The position numbers and the translations under genes are program-made. From assembly GCA_964019425.1 (NCBI GenBank), contig OZ025783.1, positions 1,674,001 to 1,738,000 on the forward strand: a DNA stretch of 64,000 bases, in the 5' to 3' direction. The DNA is from Flectonema sp. DT1601. Its lineage: Eukaryota. Under the pieces are notes generated by a model that saw nothing but the letters and a program-made list of their open reading frames with translations, did no database searches and was not told the origin of the DNA. Of this stretch, positions 12,358 to 25,203 are shown piece by piece; positions within the stretch are counted from its first letter, which is position 1, and every line of letters begins with the position of its first letter.

Positions 12358-14559
12358 ATGTCGCAGGTTTGGAGACCCATTTACTCATCAGGTATTAAGT
12401 ATTGGATAAGACATGTACTTCTTGTTTCATGTATCATTGGTCTACTTACTTATGGTGCGATAAATGTTGCTGACCAATCAACAACTGGAACAGGAGTTAT
12501 TCTTGCGGTAGGACCACCTTGTTGTTTAGTGTTGGTAGTGACATTAGTTTTAATCGAACGGTTTCCTGGAGCAATGCCAACAGGAAAGCAATGGAATAAA
12601 GTTATACCTGACCATGAGTATGAAGAGCGGGGAGTAGTTCAATTTCTGCCATCGATGAGAGAGACAGTTCGGATTAAAAAAATGTTTTATTTATTAATTC
12701 AAACCCTTCCATGTTATATGTTAATCTTAACAACATTTGTAGTAATAATTAGACCCTGTAAAGGTCATCATATCTTCACTTGTGATGCTGATATTCAAAG
12801 AGCAGCTTTAGTAGTGTCGTTAAGTATATCGTTAATCACATGTGTGCTGTTACCTCTTCAACATGTTTCTTTGTTGAGAGACTCGACTGTTAGGAAGTGG
12901 CACAGGTACGGATTCAACAGACCAAAGCCACCACGAAAACTTGTTAGATCTCTCTCAACGACCGAACATGAAATAGATAACCCTTCCACAACAGGAGCTG
13001 CATGTGTGTCTTCAGGATGTCTAATTCTGGGTGTGCTATTAGTTCTTGGTGGCGCAGCTATATCTATGGCTAGTCATTCCTTAACAAAAGTTGCTGTTGA
13101 AGGAGCAGTCCCCATCACAAAAGAAGACTCTTTACTCTATCGATCAATGGCTGATCCTACTGGTGAGAGTCCAGTCTATGAAGAAATCTACTTATTTAAT
13201 TGGACGAACTACGAATATTCGAATGTAAGCAAACCGAGCTTAACAAAGATAGGACCCGTTACGTTTAGAATTATACAACAAAAAGAAGACATCCAATGGA
13301 TTGATGACTCCTACTCAATTGATTACAAATATTACAGTCATCCTATCTTTATAGCAGAGAAGAGTAGAGTCAGTGCTTTGGATATTAATATTATAGCACC
13401 TAATTATATTCTTCAGGGAGCTTTACTTGAAATAAAAAAACTTAAGAACGAATCAGAGTTCAAAAGAATAGCTGCGACAGTTGTACAGCAGGCGATTAGA
13501 AGTGAAAACGATCCGCTCATCTTACGAACAACTGTGAATGGATTACTGTTTGGATGTCATTGTAATTTCGTTAAGGGAATCAACAGCAGAGAGAATATGA
13601 ATCTGACTTATCAAAATGCTCTCATCGGGTATTGGGACACTGATGGAAACAACAGCATTATTACTCCTGCGAGACATTCACATGTTCAGGGAAAGGGAAA
13701 GTGCACAATGAATTCTGGTAAGTCTGCTGCTTCACAAACAGGATTCCTACAGCAATGGGCTGGCTACAAAGAACTCAACTGCTGGGGGACATCAGAAGCA
13801 AACAGTATCTCTGGATCTGATGGATTTATGGTTGGAGCTTATAATGGAAAAGAAAAACATTCAGTCATGGACGACACACTAACAAGACTTGTCCCTTACA
13901 GATATAATGAAGATGTTACTGTTGATGGTGTTCCTTCTTATCGTTATGTTCTCGATGAGGAACAGTTTGATAATTCTATTCCTTTAAACAAGAATGGGTT
14001 TTATCAAAATACTCCAAACGGGGTTTGGAATTCAACTGTCTTGTGGGGATCTTCTGTTTTTATGTCACAGCCGGGATTCTTGGGAGCGGATCCGTTATTT
14101 ATGAATTTGGTCGACATCGAACCTCCAAATCCAACGACAGATGAAACCTATTGGGATATAGAACCACGATCTGGTGTTACGGTTGGGGCTTCAATTAATA
14201 AAATGACTTCTATTCACTTCGATACGAATTTGATGTCAGCTGTTAGTGTCAGTGGATACATTCCGACATCATTTATACCTCTTCAGACTGTTTATTCACA
14301 ACTTAGTATTCCTTACAATATCCTTCATCGATTATCACTTTTGTATGCTCTCGTTGACTCGCTTCCAATTTGTATGTTTTGCGTCATTTTATTTGGAATC
14401 TGTTGTATCATCACGGCATCTCTTTTAAGAAGTGAATCCCTGAGAGGTCATTACGCTGAGTCGATGATTATTAAAATGCAACAAAAAGTTTTATCAAATT
14501 CTCAACATGAACATGAAGACAGCGATGAGGAAACATGCGACCCGGCAACTCTTCCGTAG
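12358..14559 (+). CDS. CD36/LIMP-2 (scavenger receptor class B) family protein with an extra N-terminal multi-TM extension
   Basis: Motifs IYLFNWTN, GPVTFR, CWGTSEANSISGSDG, VFMSQPGFLGADP and YWDIEPRSGVTV are typical of CD36 ectodomains, flanked by TM helices. First ATG at 12358. Confidence 0.85.
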   Translation: MSQVWRPIYSSGIKYWIRHVLLVSCIIGLLTYGAINVADQSTTGTGVILAVGPPCCLVLVVTLVLIERFPGAMPTGKQWNKVIPDHEYEERGVVQFLPSMRETVRIKKMFYLLIQTLPCYMLILTTFVVIIRPCKGHHIFTCDADIQRAALVVSLSISLITCVLLPLQHVSLLRDSTVRKWHRYGFNRPKPPRKLVRSLSTTEHEIDNPSTTGAACVSSGCLILGVLLVLGGAAISMASHSLTKVAVEGAVPITKEDSLLYRSMADPTGESPVYEEIYLFNWTNYEYSNVSKPSLTKIGPVTFRIIQQKEDIQWIDDSYSIDYKYYSHPIFIAEKSRVSALDINIIAPNYILQGALLEIKKLKNESEFKRIAATVVQQAIRSENDPLILRTTVNGLLFGCHCNFVKGINSRENMNLTYQNALIGYWDTDGNNSIITPARHSHVQGKGKCTMNSGKSAASQTGFLQQWAGYKELNCWGTSEANSISGSDGFMVGAYNGKEKHSVMDDTLTRLVPYRYNEDVTVDGVPSYRYVLDEEQFDNSIPLNKNGFYQNTPNGVWNSTVLWGSSVFMSQPGFLGADPLFMNLVDIEPPNPTTDETYWDIEPRSGVTVGASINKMTSIHFDTNLMSAVSVSGYIPTSFIPLQTVYSQLSIPYNILHRLSLLYALVDSLPICMFCVILFGICCIITASLLRSESLRGHYAESMIIKMQQKVLSNSQHEHEDSDEETCDPATLP

Positions 14560-15481
14560 AGTGCAGTAGAAATTCTTTTTATTTATTTTTTTAAGAAATG
14601 AACTGGCGAGTTCCTTCGTTCATTCTTATCTTCCTTGACGAGAATTTTATTTTATTAAAATGCTCGACCCTCACACTCTCTCCGACTAACTATCTTTTGT
14701 TTCTAAAGTACTTTTCTGTTTTGTATTTCCTGATTGTGTTGTGGCGTCTAATAAAAGAGTGTATTTTTACTCTATCGCAGTATTGGGGACCCTTGAAGAG
14801 CTACCCGTTTCTATTTGAGCGTGTAACTCTAACCGACACCCGGTGGTGCTAACTGACCAATTTTAGTTTTGAATTCGTATTTTTTGCAAACCTAACCTCT
14901 CTTTCAACTTTCAGTTCCGTTGTAGAGCTGTTGAACTAATAGTTTAATCTGGTGTTTGATTGACTTTGTTTTTAGAAACTAAAACAAAAAAAATAAAATA
15001 AAATATTTATTATAAAAATATTTTCATAAAGGGAGATGATGTGTCCCCATTCACCTTACCATCTGAAGAATATTATTATTCCAATCAAATTATTAACAAG
15101 AGTGTCGTTTGTGAAATTGAGACGCTTTTGATTCCGTGTGGCCGTGCTAATCGGCATCGTTGTGTTTTCGTTGGTAAAAAGTTTGTAGTAGCTGTTGGAT
15201 AACATCATAAATAATTAAATGAGATGTGAGTGCCATCAGCTTTACTAAGATGACCTCTCACATAACTCGTGTGATGCCTCCTTATGGCAGAGAAGGGGTT
15301 CAGTAACAGAATCTGACTCCTTTGCACTGTACCCGCATTATTTATTTATTTGCAGTCATTTACTACGCTGCCGCTGACAGCCAAGATTGTCGGAGAAATT
15401 GTTGTTCCTTTTGAGCTTTTAGTAATGCAATATCAAATTATCTCCGTTTTCAAGCTGTAACGACCTGGGTCAACGTGTAAT

Positions 15482-15624
15482 GCGTAGTCCCAGTGACAAT
15501 TTGACCTTTCTCTGGTAGTTTATTTAAAGCATGCGATTTTTGTGTGGACGGAATCCAGTTATAATGATTCATGTCTAATTTGTTGCGTGTTAACCCCCCT
15601 TGATTTATTTATCCAAGTCCCCCC
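15482..15624 (+). repeat. Dispersed repeat family B, copy 1
   Basis: CTTTCTCTGGTAGTTTATTTAAAGCATGCGATTTT...GAATCCAGTTATAATGATTCATGTCTAATTTGTTGCGTGTTAACCC...TTGATTTATTTATCCAAGTCCCC, near-identical to 53776-53928. Confidence 0.92.
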
Positions 15625-17842
15625 ATGTGGTAATACAGTATTAATTTACTCGCTTCATGTGTGATTGTTCTTTATTGCAGTGCTGGAGTCTGACTGCTCT
15701 CCGATCAGTTTTAAGTAGACTGCAAACAGTACTCGACTAGTAATTAGTAGTACTACTCATATGATACCATTGCGAGAAATCTTTTGTGAAAAAACTACTT
15801 TGTGGCTTCTCCGTGAAAGAGAGACGAGTCAAAATACGTTCGTTATCTCAGTGTGCTGTTTTTGTTTATATTTTTCACATTTTTTCGCTAATTGTCAAAA
15901 AGATTAATTCGCACGTATGTGTGTTATCAGGCTTCAATACTATTACTATTTCACTACCACTACTACCGTGATGTTCGTTAATTGTTTTGTTTATTAACAT
16001 GTAATGTGCTGTCTCGTTCTCGTCGCTAAAGTTGTGTTGGGAGGTTTGTATTTCACGCGGTTGCTGCTTTTGGATGAACTGATTGAGAGAAATCTGAAAC
16101 TTCTTTTTTTTTTCTCCTCAGTATCATTCTCCCTTTGCTTCGTATGATTTACAACTATTCGACACCACCAGATCGCATCGTGAGACAAGTCGCATCTTTT
16201 GTTTTGATACGTTCCCCTCCCTTTCCAAGTTTTTTTTTTTGCAAGATGACTTCTGATTATGATACTGTTTGTTAATTTATATCTTCTTACCCGTCAATTC
16301 TCTCTTGTGGTGTTATTGGAAGCTAGTTCACGTTCAAAATTATCCGTCTTGAGGGGAGGTACTTGATGCCGGCTTTAGCGAACATCATCCGTCTCTTTTC
16401 TTTCTTATTATTATTAATTAGGAAGGTTGTGTGACAGATTCAATTCGTCTGAAAGGGATGCTACTTCTGTGTGTTACTTCTCATTGCGAAGATCGAATGT
16501 GAGAAAGTAAATAAATTGTCTGCTTTGATATCACAAGAAAGGTATTGGAGTGCTGCTGATTACTTTTGAACATTAGTTTCATCTTTCATGAGGGAAAATG
16601 AATCAGTTCGAAAGTCGAAGTTAAAAATAAATTTGTATCACTCAGAAGTAGGTCCATTGGGTACTGTCGGATCTCGTTATTTTATTTTTCTTTCCTAATT
16701 CGTCCCAACCATTTTGTGTTGAGTTGCTGAGTTCTTCCGTAAATTAAAAGTGTGACATTCGTGGTGATAGTTGAAAAAGTATAAGCTTTAATTTACTTAG
16801 CGATTTCCCTTCTTTTTATTGAGATCGTTTTCTTTTCTTTTCAGTTTTTGTTTTGTTCTGTTTTTTCATATCCAGGCAGGTGTCTATTTAAAGGCAATCT
16901 GCCACTTCTATTTTAGTTGCCTTTTTTTTCGTGAAGTTTTTTTATAATTTCTAGCTAACATTATTTAACTTCCCATTTTCTGATTTAAAAGCTTCTGTAA
17001 GTGTGCGTGACTATCTGCCGATATTTGTATTCTAAATAGACACCACTTGTTGTGTTGCAATTAGAGATCTGTTCTGGTCTGACTTTTGAAAAAGTTGGTA
17101 CACCTGTTGGTGACTGTGGAATTGTGCTTTTCAATACACCTTTTTTTTTTTTTTTTTTTGTATAAAAGTTGTATAAGCGAGCACTTCACGTTGTTAGTTA
17201 TTGAGTCATCGTTAATTAGATAAAAAAGATTTCCCATTTTCGATCTGTTTTTTTCAGTTTTTTTCTACTCTTTTTGACCAACAAACGAAAACTTTTGTAA
17301 TGATTGACGTGCTTCATGAGGCAGCTCTTCAAAGCTGATCTTGCGACTTAAATCTGACAAATCCCAACTAAAAGTATTTTGTGTTTTTGATTATTAATAT
17401 AAATATGGAGGCTCTCAAAACATACATCCTCTCAGGATGACTTGTCTTCAGACCTAAAGAGGTTTCCAAGCTAGAATAGAATCAGCTGTCAATGAGGTTG
17501 TTGTGGAGGGTTTTGGTTATCGATTTGCTATTTCCGTTACGGACTTTAATGTGGTGAATTTATAACTAACAACCCAACAACATTCGTAGTTTAGTAACAA
17601 TCAGATTGTTGTCGCAGTTGGTTGGCTACAGAAGACTGCCTTTGGGAGAATGATCTTTATTAAATCATTACTTCAATACTGACAATAACTTTGGATTATA
17701 ATTTTCACTTCAGATCAAAAATAGTTATGTAAAAAAGGTTGAAAGAATATTGACAACCTTAAGATAGGACAGCTACCACCCTTCACATTAGTATTTAATT
17801 GTTGTCACCTACTTACAGTGTCACAGGACTCGTCAAATAAAA

Positions 17843-18718
17843 ATGGCTTCTGTATTACGTTACACTGCTGCTCTTCTTCTCACTGCTGAGACACTCGCAG
17901 GGAATTATTATTCAGAAGAAGTTCGACAGGATGCAGTTTTTCGTGAGCACAGTTTCTCTGCGCCATTCTTAACTGACTGGTGGCAGGGAGGTGTCAGTAA
18001 TTGGGATCTAATGGGTGATGCAGTAGTAACACAGGATTCAGTAAAGCTCACTGGACACATCCCTAACCAAGTTGGAGGTTTTGTAAACATGATTCCAGTG
18101 AATGCTGAACACTGGCAGTTGATTGTTGAGTTTCGAATTCACAGCAGATCGAATCCGGGTGCTGACGGTTTTGCGATTTGGTACACTAAGTCACCCGCTA
18201 CTTCTGGAGATCTTTGGGGACAAGATCCTGAATTCATTGGAATGGGAATCGTTATCGACACATTTGATAATGACGGTAGGAGGGATAACCCGGCCATTTC
18301 ATTGATCATGAGAAAGGAAGATGATCGTCCTCCAAAGTGGGATGTTCAACGTGATTTGGTATCGACTGCGAAATTCCGTTGTCTTCACGAAATCCGTAAC
18401 GCACCCGAAGGGAAGAATGCGAAGATCCGAATTGTGAATCGCTACAACAGAGTGGAAGTATTCGTCAAACCTCACAACACTCGCGAGTTCTTTTGTGGAG
18501 AGCTCCGATCTGAAAACTTGCCAAAAGAATATTTCTTCTCATTATCTGCAAAGACTGGTACACTTGCTGATAATCACGATATTATTTCATTTCAACTCAG
18601 TCAAGCTCCTGATTTGATTGACAGCGATGGCGGTAAGCATGACTACATTCATGACCCACAACTTGCAAAGAATGAAAGGGCTAAACACAGCGGCGTTGAA
18701 CCCAACCCTGCTGTGTAA
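17843..18718 (+). CDS. L-type (legume-like) lectin, VIP36/ERGIC-53 family
   Basis: Signal peptide; motifs EHSFSAPF, WDLMGDAVV, GADGFAIWY, GIVIDTFDND, SAKTGTLADNHDIIS. Confidence 0.9.
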   Translation: MASVLRYTAALLLTAETLAGNYYSEEVRQDAVFREHSFSAPFLTDWWQGGVSNWDLMGDAVVTQDSVKLTGHIPNQVGGFVNMIPVNAEHWQLIVEFRIHSRSNPGADGFAIWYTKSPATSGDLWGQDPEFIGMGIVIDTFDNDGRRDNPAISLIMRKEDDRPPKWDVQRDLVSTAKFRCLHEIRNAPEGKNAKIRIVNRYNRVEVFVKPHNTREFFCGELRSENLPKEYFFSLSAKTGTLADNHDIISFQLSQAPDLIDSDGGKHDYIHDPQLAKNERAKHSGVEPNPAV

Positions 18719-19087
18719 CCAGCTAGCAAGTCATACGGTACTTGTTAGAAGCAGCAGCTGGAATCCGGACATGTCTTTCACTTGACATGCGAGTATTCCC
18801 AAACCGATGAATCGTCTCCTTTGGAAGTGCTTCGAGACAAGCAAAAAAAAAGAAAGTTATGTACCCGGCAAAAGAAAAAGTAAAACAACACAGTTTCCGC
18901 AATAACAGAGTTGTTCCGTTTCTTTACATCTTTTGCAGATTATTGTACATGAGTGTGAACTCGGATAGTTAGTGAGGCTGTTCACTTACAGACAATTCTA
19001 TTTTTGTTTATCGAAAATGTTTATAAATACTTTCTACAGGGCAACGTGAAATTGCAATCCCGTCTTTTTAATTTCAAATGCTCTGAA

Positions 19088-22000
19088 ATGAAAGGATCAG
19101 CATCAGCGCTGTCTTTCATACCGACCATGAACAGGGACAGAGAGCGGGGCGATGACATGGAGTTGGCACCGCAATCTCTGGAGAATGTAGTAATGGACTA
19201 CTGCGGGTATGTTGATGACTCTCTAGCGGGAGTACCACTCTCCCCAACATTGAGTGTAGAGGAGGAAATGAAAGAAGTCGAGTCTTCTACACCTGTTGTG
19301 ATCCCTGTAAGAAATGCTGCCTTTGTCCCTCTCTTCACTACTCCTGAAGTCAAAACTGCTGCTGATAATTCTCCTCAACAGCCATCAATTACTGCTTCTA
19401 CTTGGGCAGTTCAAAATGAAGCACAGCAATTCCAACGTGCGATGACACCTCCGCCACCTGTTGATGACCTCGGTCGGTTACTTCCCCGACATAATTATCA
19501 TCCAAATGCACTGCCAAAGGAGACAATCTTAACGAAATCTAGTAAACTAGTGCGAAAGAAGATCTCTTTTACGGTTCCGATGTCAAACCCTTCTTTAGAG
19601 AGGGAGCAGTCTCCAGTAAAGGCGATCATGTTACCGAATATCGAAGACTTCGACCCGACTGCCGCGGCAAGCGGTTGGCAGCAGCGTCAAAAGAACATGT
19701 CGCCTAGTAGATTGAAGACAACGCAGAGCTCTACGTCACCGAATAGAACGAGAGAGAGTCCGACGTGTGATTCCCCGGCAGCTAATATGGAAACGCCAAC
19801 AAAACAAAAGAAAGTGTCGCTGCTCTTTAGCAGCCCGTTGATGAAAAATGTGTCTCCAGGTAGCAGCAGTAGGGGAAACAGTCAGTCTCCTGGTAGTTCA
19901 GAAAAGAAGAGATCACCAAAACAGCCGACATTCACACTTCAGAACAGTCCTGTTGATAAAAATAACATCTCAACAGTTGAATCTGAGCACGTGGGATGCT
20001 CACCAGTCTTTGATGATGAAGATATGCAGCCGTCTCTTCAAATATTTAACAGCGCTCAAGCTCCTGTTTCCTCTGACCCATACGAAATGTCTTGCAACGT
20101 CTTTAGCCTTCGACATGTTGTTCCGGCAAACTTGATTGATGACAGCTGTACTCCTGTTACTCCTGAACCAGAGTCTCCTCCACTTCTTTTAATTGACCTC
20201 GCGAGATCAATACGCTCAGAGAAGTTCCCTTTACTGAAGAACACAAAGTCCTCACCAAAGCAGCAGTCAATAGTGGAAATGTTAAACACACCGAAGAAGA
20301 AAAAGAGAGAGCGCCCCTCCTCAGGAGAGAAGGAAGAGAATACCGAAAGGACTGAAGGAGAACAGGAACCGACCAGCAATCTGAAGAAGAAGCAGCCAAT
20401 AAGTAGTAAAAAAGCAGCTAGTGACAACTCAGACAGAACTGTATTGAACGAACAGAATCACTCGAAGCTAGTGGAGTTCGAGGCTACGGGTGCACAGCAT
20501 TCTAAAAAGAAAACTCGCAACTCGATTTCTACCAATGAACTGGTGGCTCTCAACTCGGCACCTGAGAAGTCCGAGAAAAAGTCGGAAAGGACATCCGGAG
20601 ACACTTCTCCAGAAATATGTGAGCTGACAAAGTCAGGAGCTCCAAGCAATGCGAGAAAAGCCCAAATCAGTAGCCAAAGTGGACTGGAAGCTCTTTCTCA
20701 AGAAAGTGTCGATCTCCTCGCGTTTTGCGAGAAATCAAACATTGGCGACATGGCAGACGGATGCGACACTTCAGATACGGAGGCAGCCGAAGCCACTCAC
20801 AACGGTTATCAATCTGACGCTTCTTCTTCTTCTTCCAGCACCATCTGCAGAAGGTCACCAAAAACATATTTACCCGAAGATAATCAATCGTCTCCACTTC
20901 AGCTGTTGGGCGCGACTCAAATGTCATCTGCACCGAAGGCAAAGCTGAAGCGTAGCAAAAGCAGACCAAAAGGTCTGAAGAGAACGAAGTTGGCGAATGA
21001 CAGCGATGATGACATCACGTCAACACGAATAGTAAATAAGAAAACATCATCAGCAACTGGAGTGTCTAAAACTACTTCTAATGATAAGAAGGCTAAACAC
21101 AGCTCACTGGTGAAACGTCCACTTGCGAGTATAAAGACTCCCTCAGCAGCAATCTGCATCTCTCCTGAGACTACTTGTTCTACTTTAAGTAGTTCAACAG
21201 CCTCTTCAATTGATCCTTTAAAACAAACATTACGAGCTAAAGGTATCTCTGCTAGTGTCCCACTCACTATCTCACCAACGAAGAGTCAGAAATCTAAAAA
21301 TAAAAAATCCGATAAGACTCTTGAAGACTCAGTCATCAGCATCTCAGCAACACAAGCGAACAGAAGGAAGGGATTGGTAGACACGCAGGGGATGTCAAAA
21401 ACTACTGGAAGGAGGAAATCCAAGATTATCACAGAAATACCAGTCGAGTCTTCTTCTGTAATATCTGTCTCACTCTCGAGTGGGTTAAAATCAAAGCAAA
21501 CAGACACATCAATTCCATCAGTTGTTTCGATTCCACCACCTCATCGAACTCTCTCTCCTCAAAGGGAAGTACAGAGGAAAGTAGCGAAGGAAAAGAAGAG
21601 CGACAATCTGCCTAAGTCTGGAAAGCAGAGCAAAAACGCTGCTGGTCTGACTCCGCCGCAAACCTTTAACAGCGGGACACCTGACGAGATCATAATCGAT
21701 CCTTCCAACCCTTCTGTTGTTTCTATTCCTCCTCCTCATAATATCAAACCATCTAAAGGAGGAAAGAGAAGTCTTCTTGTAGAGCCATCTGTTGTTGCTT
21801 TGATACCAACTGGTGGGATTCAAAAGAAAACGCCAGTCACTCTCACAGAAGCAAGGAAATCGAAAGAGGCAGTTCAGCTTTCAATTCCTCCGCCAACTAA
21901 CTTTTCGAGGTCTGGGAAATGGAGAAGTAAAGATGACACTAAGGCAACAGTTCTACCACCTGGAGTGAAGGAAATACAGGAGAGGCCACCTGTTGAAGTG

Positions 22001-23722
22001 AAAAGTCACAAAACGGCACTTCTGGATGTACAGCCGTCGATGTTGAGTGTCCCACGTCCTCCAATTGCAATCAACTTATCAGAAAATGATTCTATTATGA
22101 CCGGAGATACTACTCTCACGAGTTTAAATATCCCAAATGATACCTCTCTCACTGCTGTTGAGTTATCTGAACCCATCGCAAGAACCAAACGAGTCTCAAG
22201 GGAGACTTTTTGCGTCCCACCACCGCTGGAAGCTGCTGTCGATGAGAAGATTTCAAAAGGAGTCGTTGAAGTAATCGACCTTGACGAGTCTCCGATTTCG
22301 AAGAATACGCAACAGCAAGCTACGAGTAATGAGGGTACGAAAGATATAAGACCACTTCTACCTCCTCCACTCACCAAAGTAGCTGACATACGTGAGGACA
22401 CTACAGATGATGAAACTCTTAGAAGGTCTTATCGAAGTGGTGCTGCAGCACTGCGAGAGATTCAAACTCTAAGAAATGTTAGCAGCGATGTCGACAAAAC
22501 CAAAAGGAAGTCACCAAATATCTCACCTGTGAAGAGACAAAAAGGAGAGAGAGAACCTGAGAAACCAGTGACACCTGATAACGGATGGAAAGATGTAAAG
22601 AACAAACAGGAATCTGAGAAGAGTAAGAAAAAAAAGTCCGACGGTCGGATATCTGAAGAATCGAAACGTCAAAAAGAAGAAACAATTCCTTCAAAGAATG
22701 ATGACTGGCAATGTAGTGATGATAACTCGTCGGGTAGTTCGTCAACTTCGACATCACCTTCTCCGTCAAAACGTAAGAAGCCTACTTCAAAGCGAAGCAC
22801 TACTGGAGTACATCTTCGCGTCAGTTCAAAAGATTTCAAACCGCTCTTTGATAAACCACCAGGTGTGTACTTCTTGTTTATGAATTGAATTCAACTAATT
22901 GTTATTATTGATCACACGTGAGCTATGAGGACGACTAGTATCCGAATTGAAGATGTAGTGTCTGTGTTTCATTAACCACTTGACTTTATAAATAACAAAA
23001 ACAGAATCGAAATTGAATACATCAGAACCTCTTCCATTGACTCCAGAGAATCAGAAGTCGAGAAGGATGTCGATAACCCCTCCGAGTAAATCAGCAATGA
23101 GCAGCGAACGTCTGCAATCTTTGAAGAAAACTCGAAAAGAAGAACACCGCGAGATGAGAGAACTGGGGGATGAGAAATTAGTATTCGCTGAAGCGACAAA
23201 AGAGTGCGCCCTTTGTAAGATTAACACTGATGATCAATCCAGGCTAGCTAACCTTGGAGAGCTTATGCAGGGGAAGCCACTGAAGGAACACCCAGAGATG
23301 ATTAGAAAATGCGTCGTATGTATTTTATTCAAATAATCTAAGGGATTTCTTGTTATTAAAATACTAACAAGTTGTGGGTAAGTATTCTTTGTTGACTTTA
23401 CATTAACCACACACAGGGGAGACGAAGCCGTCCCATTCCAGTCGGAGCTTTTGACGAAGTGATGTACTTCCATTGGCATTGTCTTCGTTATGCTGGGCTG
23501 TCTGTAGAACGTAAAAGGGATCTCTGCAGGCAATTAATGAACAGCACTTCAATAGATTGTGATGGATGTACTGAATCAGGGGCAACAGTCTGCTGTTCTG
23601 CTGAAGGATGCGAAAAGTATTATCACCTGCCCTGTGCGCTGCTACTCCCAAACGTTTCTCTCAGCAATCGAAAGGGATTGTTGTTCTGCCCAGAGCACTC
23701 ACAACAGAAGGAGGCGAAATAA
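19088..23722 (+). CDS. Large Ser/Pro/Lys-rich disordered protein with a C-terminal extended PHD finger (zf-HC5HC2H-like); introns 22863-23004 and 23316-23416
   Basis: ORFs 19004-22888, 23013-23336 and 23459-23722 join in frame via GT...CAG introns. C-terminus reads CALC...HWHC...CDGCTESGATVCCSAEGCEKYYHLPCA...FCPEH. Confidence 0.8.
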
Positions 23723-24951
23723 GAATTCATCTTCCCGCTGATATTAATTTGATTATCAACAGATGTGAAGTTCAAGTGAGTCATCACTCGTCAGCAGTAC
23801 TATCTCAGGTGTCAATCAAAGTCGTTTTATTATTTAGAGCTTTACGTGCTTAGAATATTTTATTTTATTTAGTTTCTGGTCTTTTCCATTTTTTGTTTTC
23901 TGTTTTTTTGGTAGTTCGGAATTCGTTTCTTTCGGTTGTGATATCGCAAGTGATATGCGTCAGTCATAACAGAGAGAAGTACTCGTCATCGATGAGGAGA
24001 TGCATAACCACCTGAACGTCAAGAAACAGATTTCTTTTTTTAATTAGACTTACCAACTCTTTGGTCATAACTGAAGGGTAATTATTATTACTTTCAAGTA
24101 TTGTTGTTTTCTTTGTTCTTTGTAACGGCGCAAACTAACGCTACGCACGGTGGCTAATCGGCCTCGTGGTAGGTAGTGGGTTGAGAGGATTTGGGCCCAC
24201 ACTGCATCTTGCCGATTGGGGTTTTCAGGAAATAATAGTTCTCCCAGTTAATTCTTTCTGTCTCCTAAAAAGGCTTTTTTTCTCTACCCACTCCCCTTTC
24301 GTATGGAATTTTGTCTGCTGACATTTTTGCTGCTGGAAGTAGTGCCTTCCAAAAATACGGCGCAAAAACGAAGTTTACAATGTAAGAAAAAGAAGTAAAA
24401 GTGAAAGAAAACAAACAACCGACTGAAATAAAACAAAAAAAAGAAGAAACCGATGAGGGTGAGTAGAGTGCGGTAGTACGACTGGCTGTCTAACTTCGCG
24501 CTGTTTGAAAGTCGAATGAGAACTTGTAACCATCTGTCTACTTCTTGCTGTAGTCAGAGTTACTTGTGTAGTATTTCTTAAATCATCTTAGCGAGTTGAT
24601 CTCTCTAACCATTTCAGAATACTTCAGCGCTGGATCTGTTGGTAGTTGGCGCTCATGATAGACTGATAACCCTTCTGTTAATATATTTTGGGTGATCTTT
24701 CCTACACCCATATTGTTGGCTACTTTGTTTGCAGTCATTCAGAAGGGAGGCTTTCCCTTTCTAACACTTGAGGAAGTTCTCGAGTGCAGTTATTATTTTA
24801 TTTGAACCAAAATACTACTTTTGGAGTCTGTCGTTTATCTTCTTATTGCAGTAGTTTCCATAAATATGTTTTATGACGTGATTTGGTATGAAAACTGTGA
24901 TTGTGTAGTTGATTTTCATTCACCAGACACCTGATCACAATATTCACAAGT

Positions 24952-25203
24952 ATGGGTTATCAGAATACAAATGGAAGTGGCTCGTGGTGTGTTAGGGTTC
25001 CTGCACTGCAGCGTATCAATCTACAATCTCTACCAGACAATGATGATATCGAAACAATGTCACTGACGCCTGTCAACACGGCGAGAAAATGCTGCACTTT
25101 TGAATTGGATTACGGTGATGGCTGGACTGAGGAGTCGAAGTCACCAACTTCGAGTATTCCTGACACCCCTGTTGACCCTGGAGACTTGGTTAGCGACTTT
25201 TAA
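24952..25203 (+). CDS. Small hypothetical protein (83 aa)
   Basis: ATG-initiated ORF just after an AG, with coding-like composition inside T-rich spacer DNA. No family recognised. Confidence 0.45.
   Translation: MGYQNTNGSGSWCVRVPALQRINLQSLPDNDDIETMSLTPVNTARKCCTFELDYGDGWTEESKSPTSSIPDTPVDPGDLVSDF

Noticed and set aside
17315..17685. Coding-looking fragments (ARIESAVNEVVVEGFGYRFAISV...) with an intron-like gap
   Set aside because: Could not assemble a stop-free gene model or recognise a family.
24133..24143. AACTAACGCTA, matching the start of the kinetoplastid spliced leader
   Set aside because: Only 11 nt; the rest of the SL exon and the donor site are absent.
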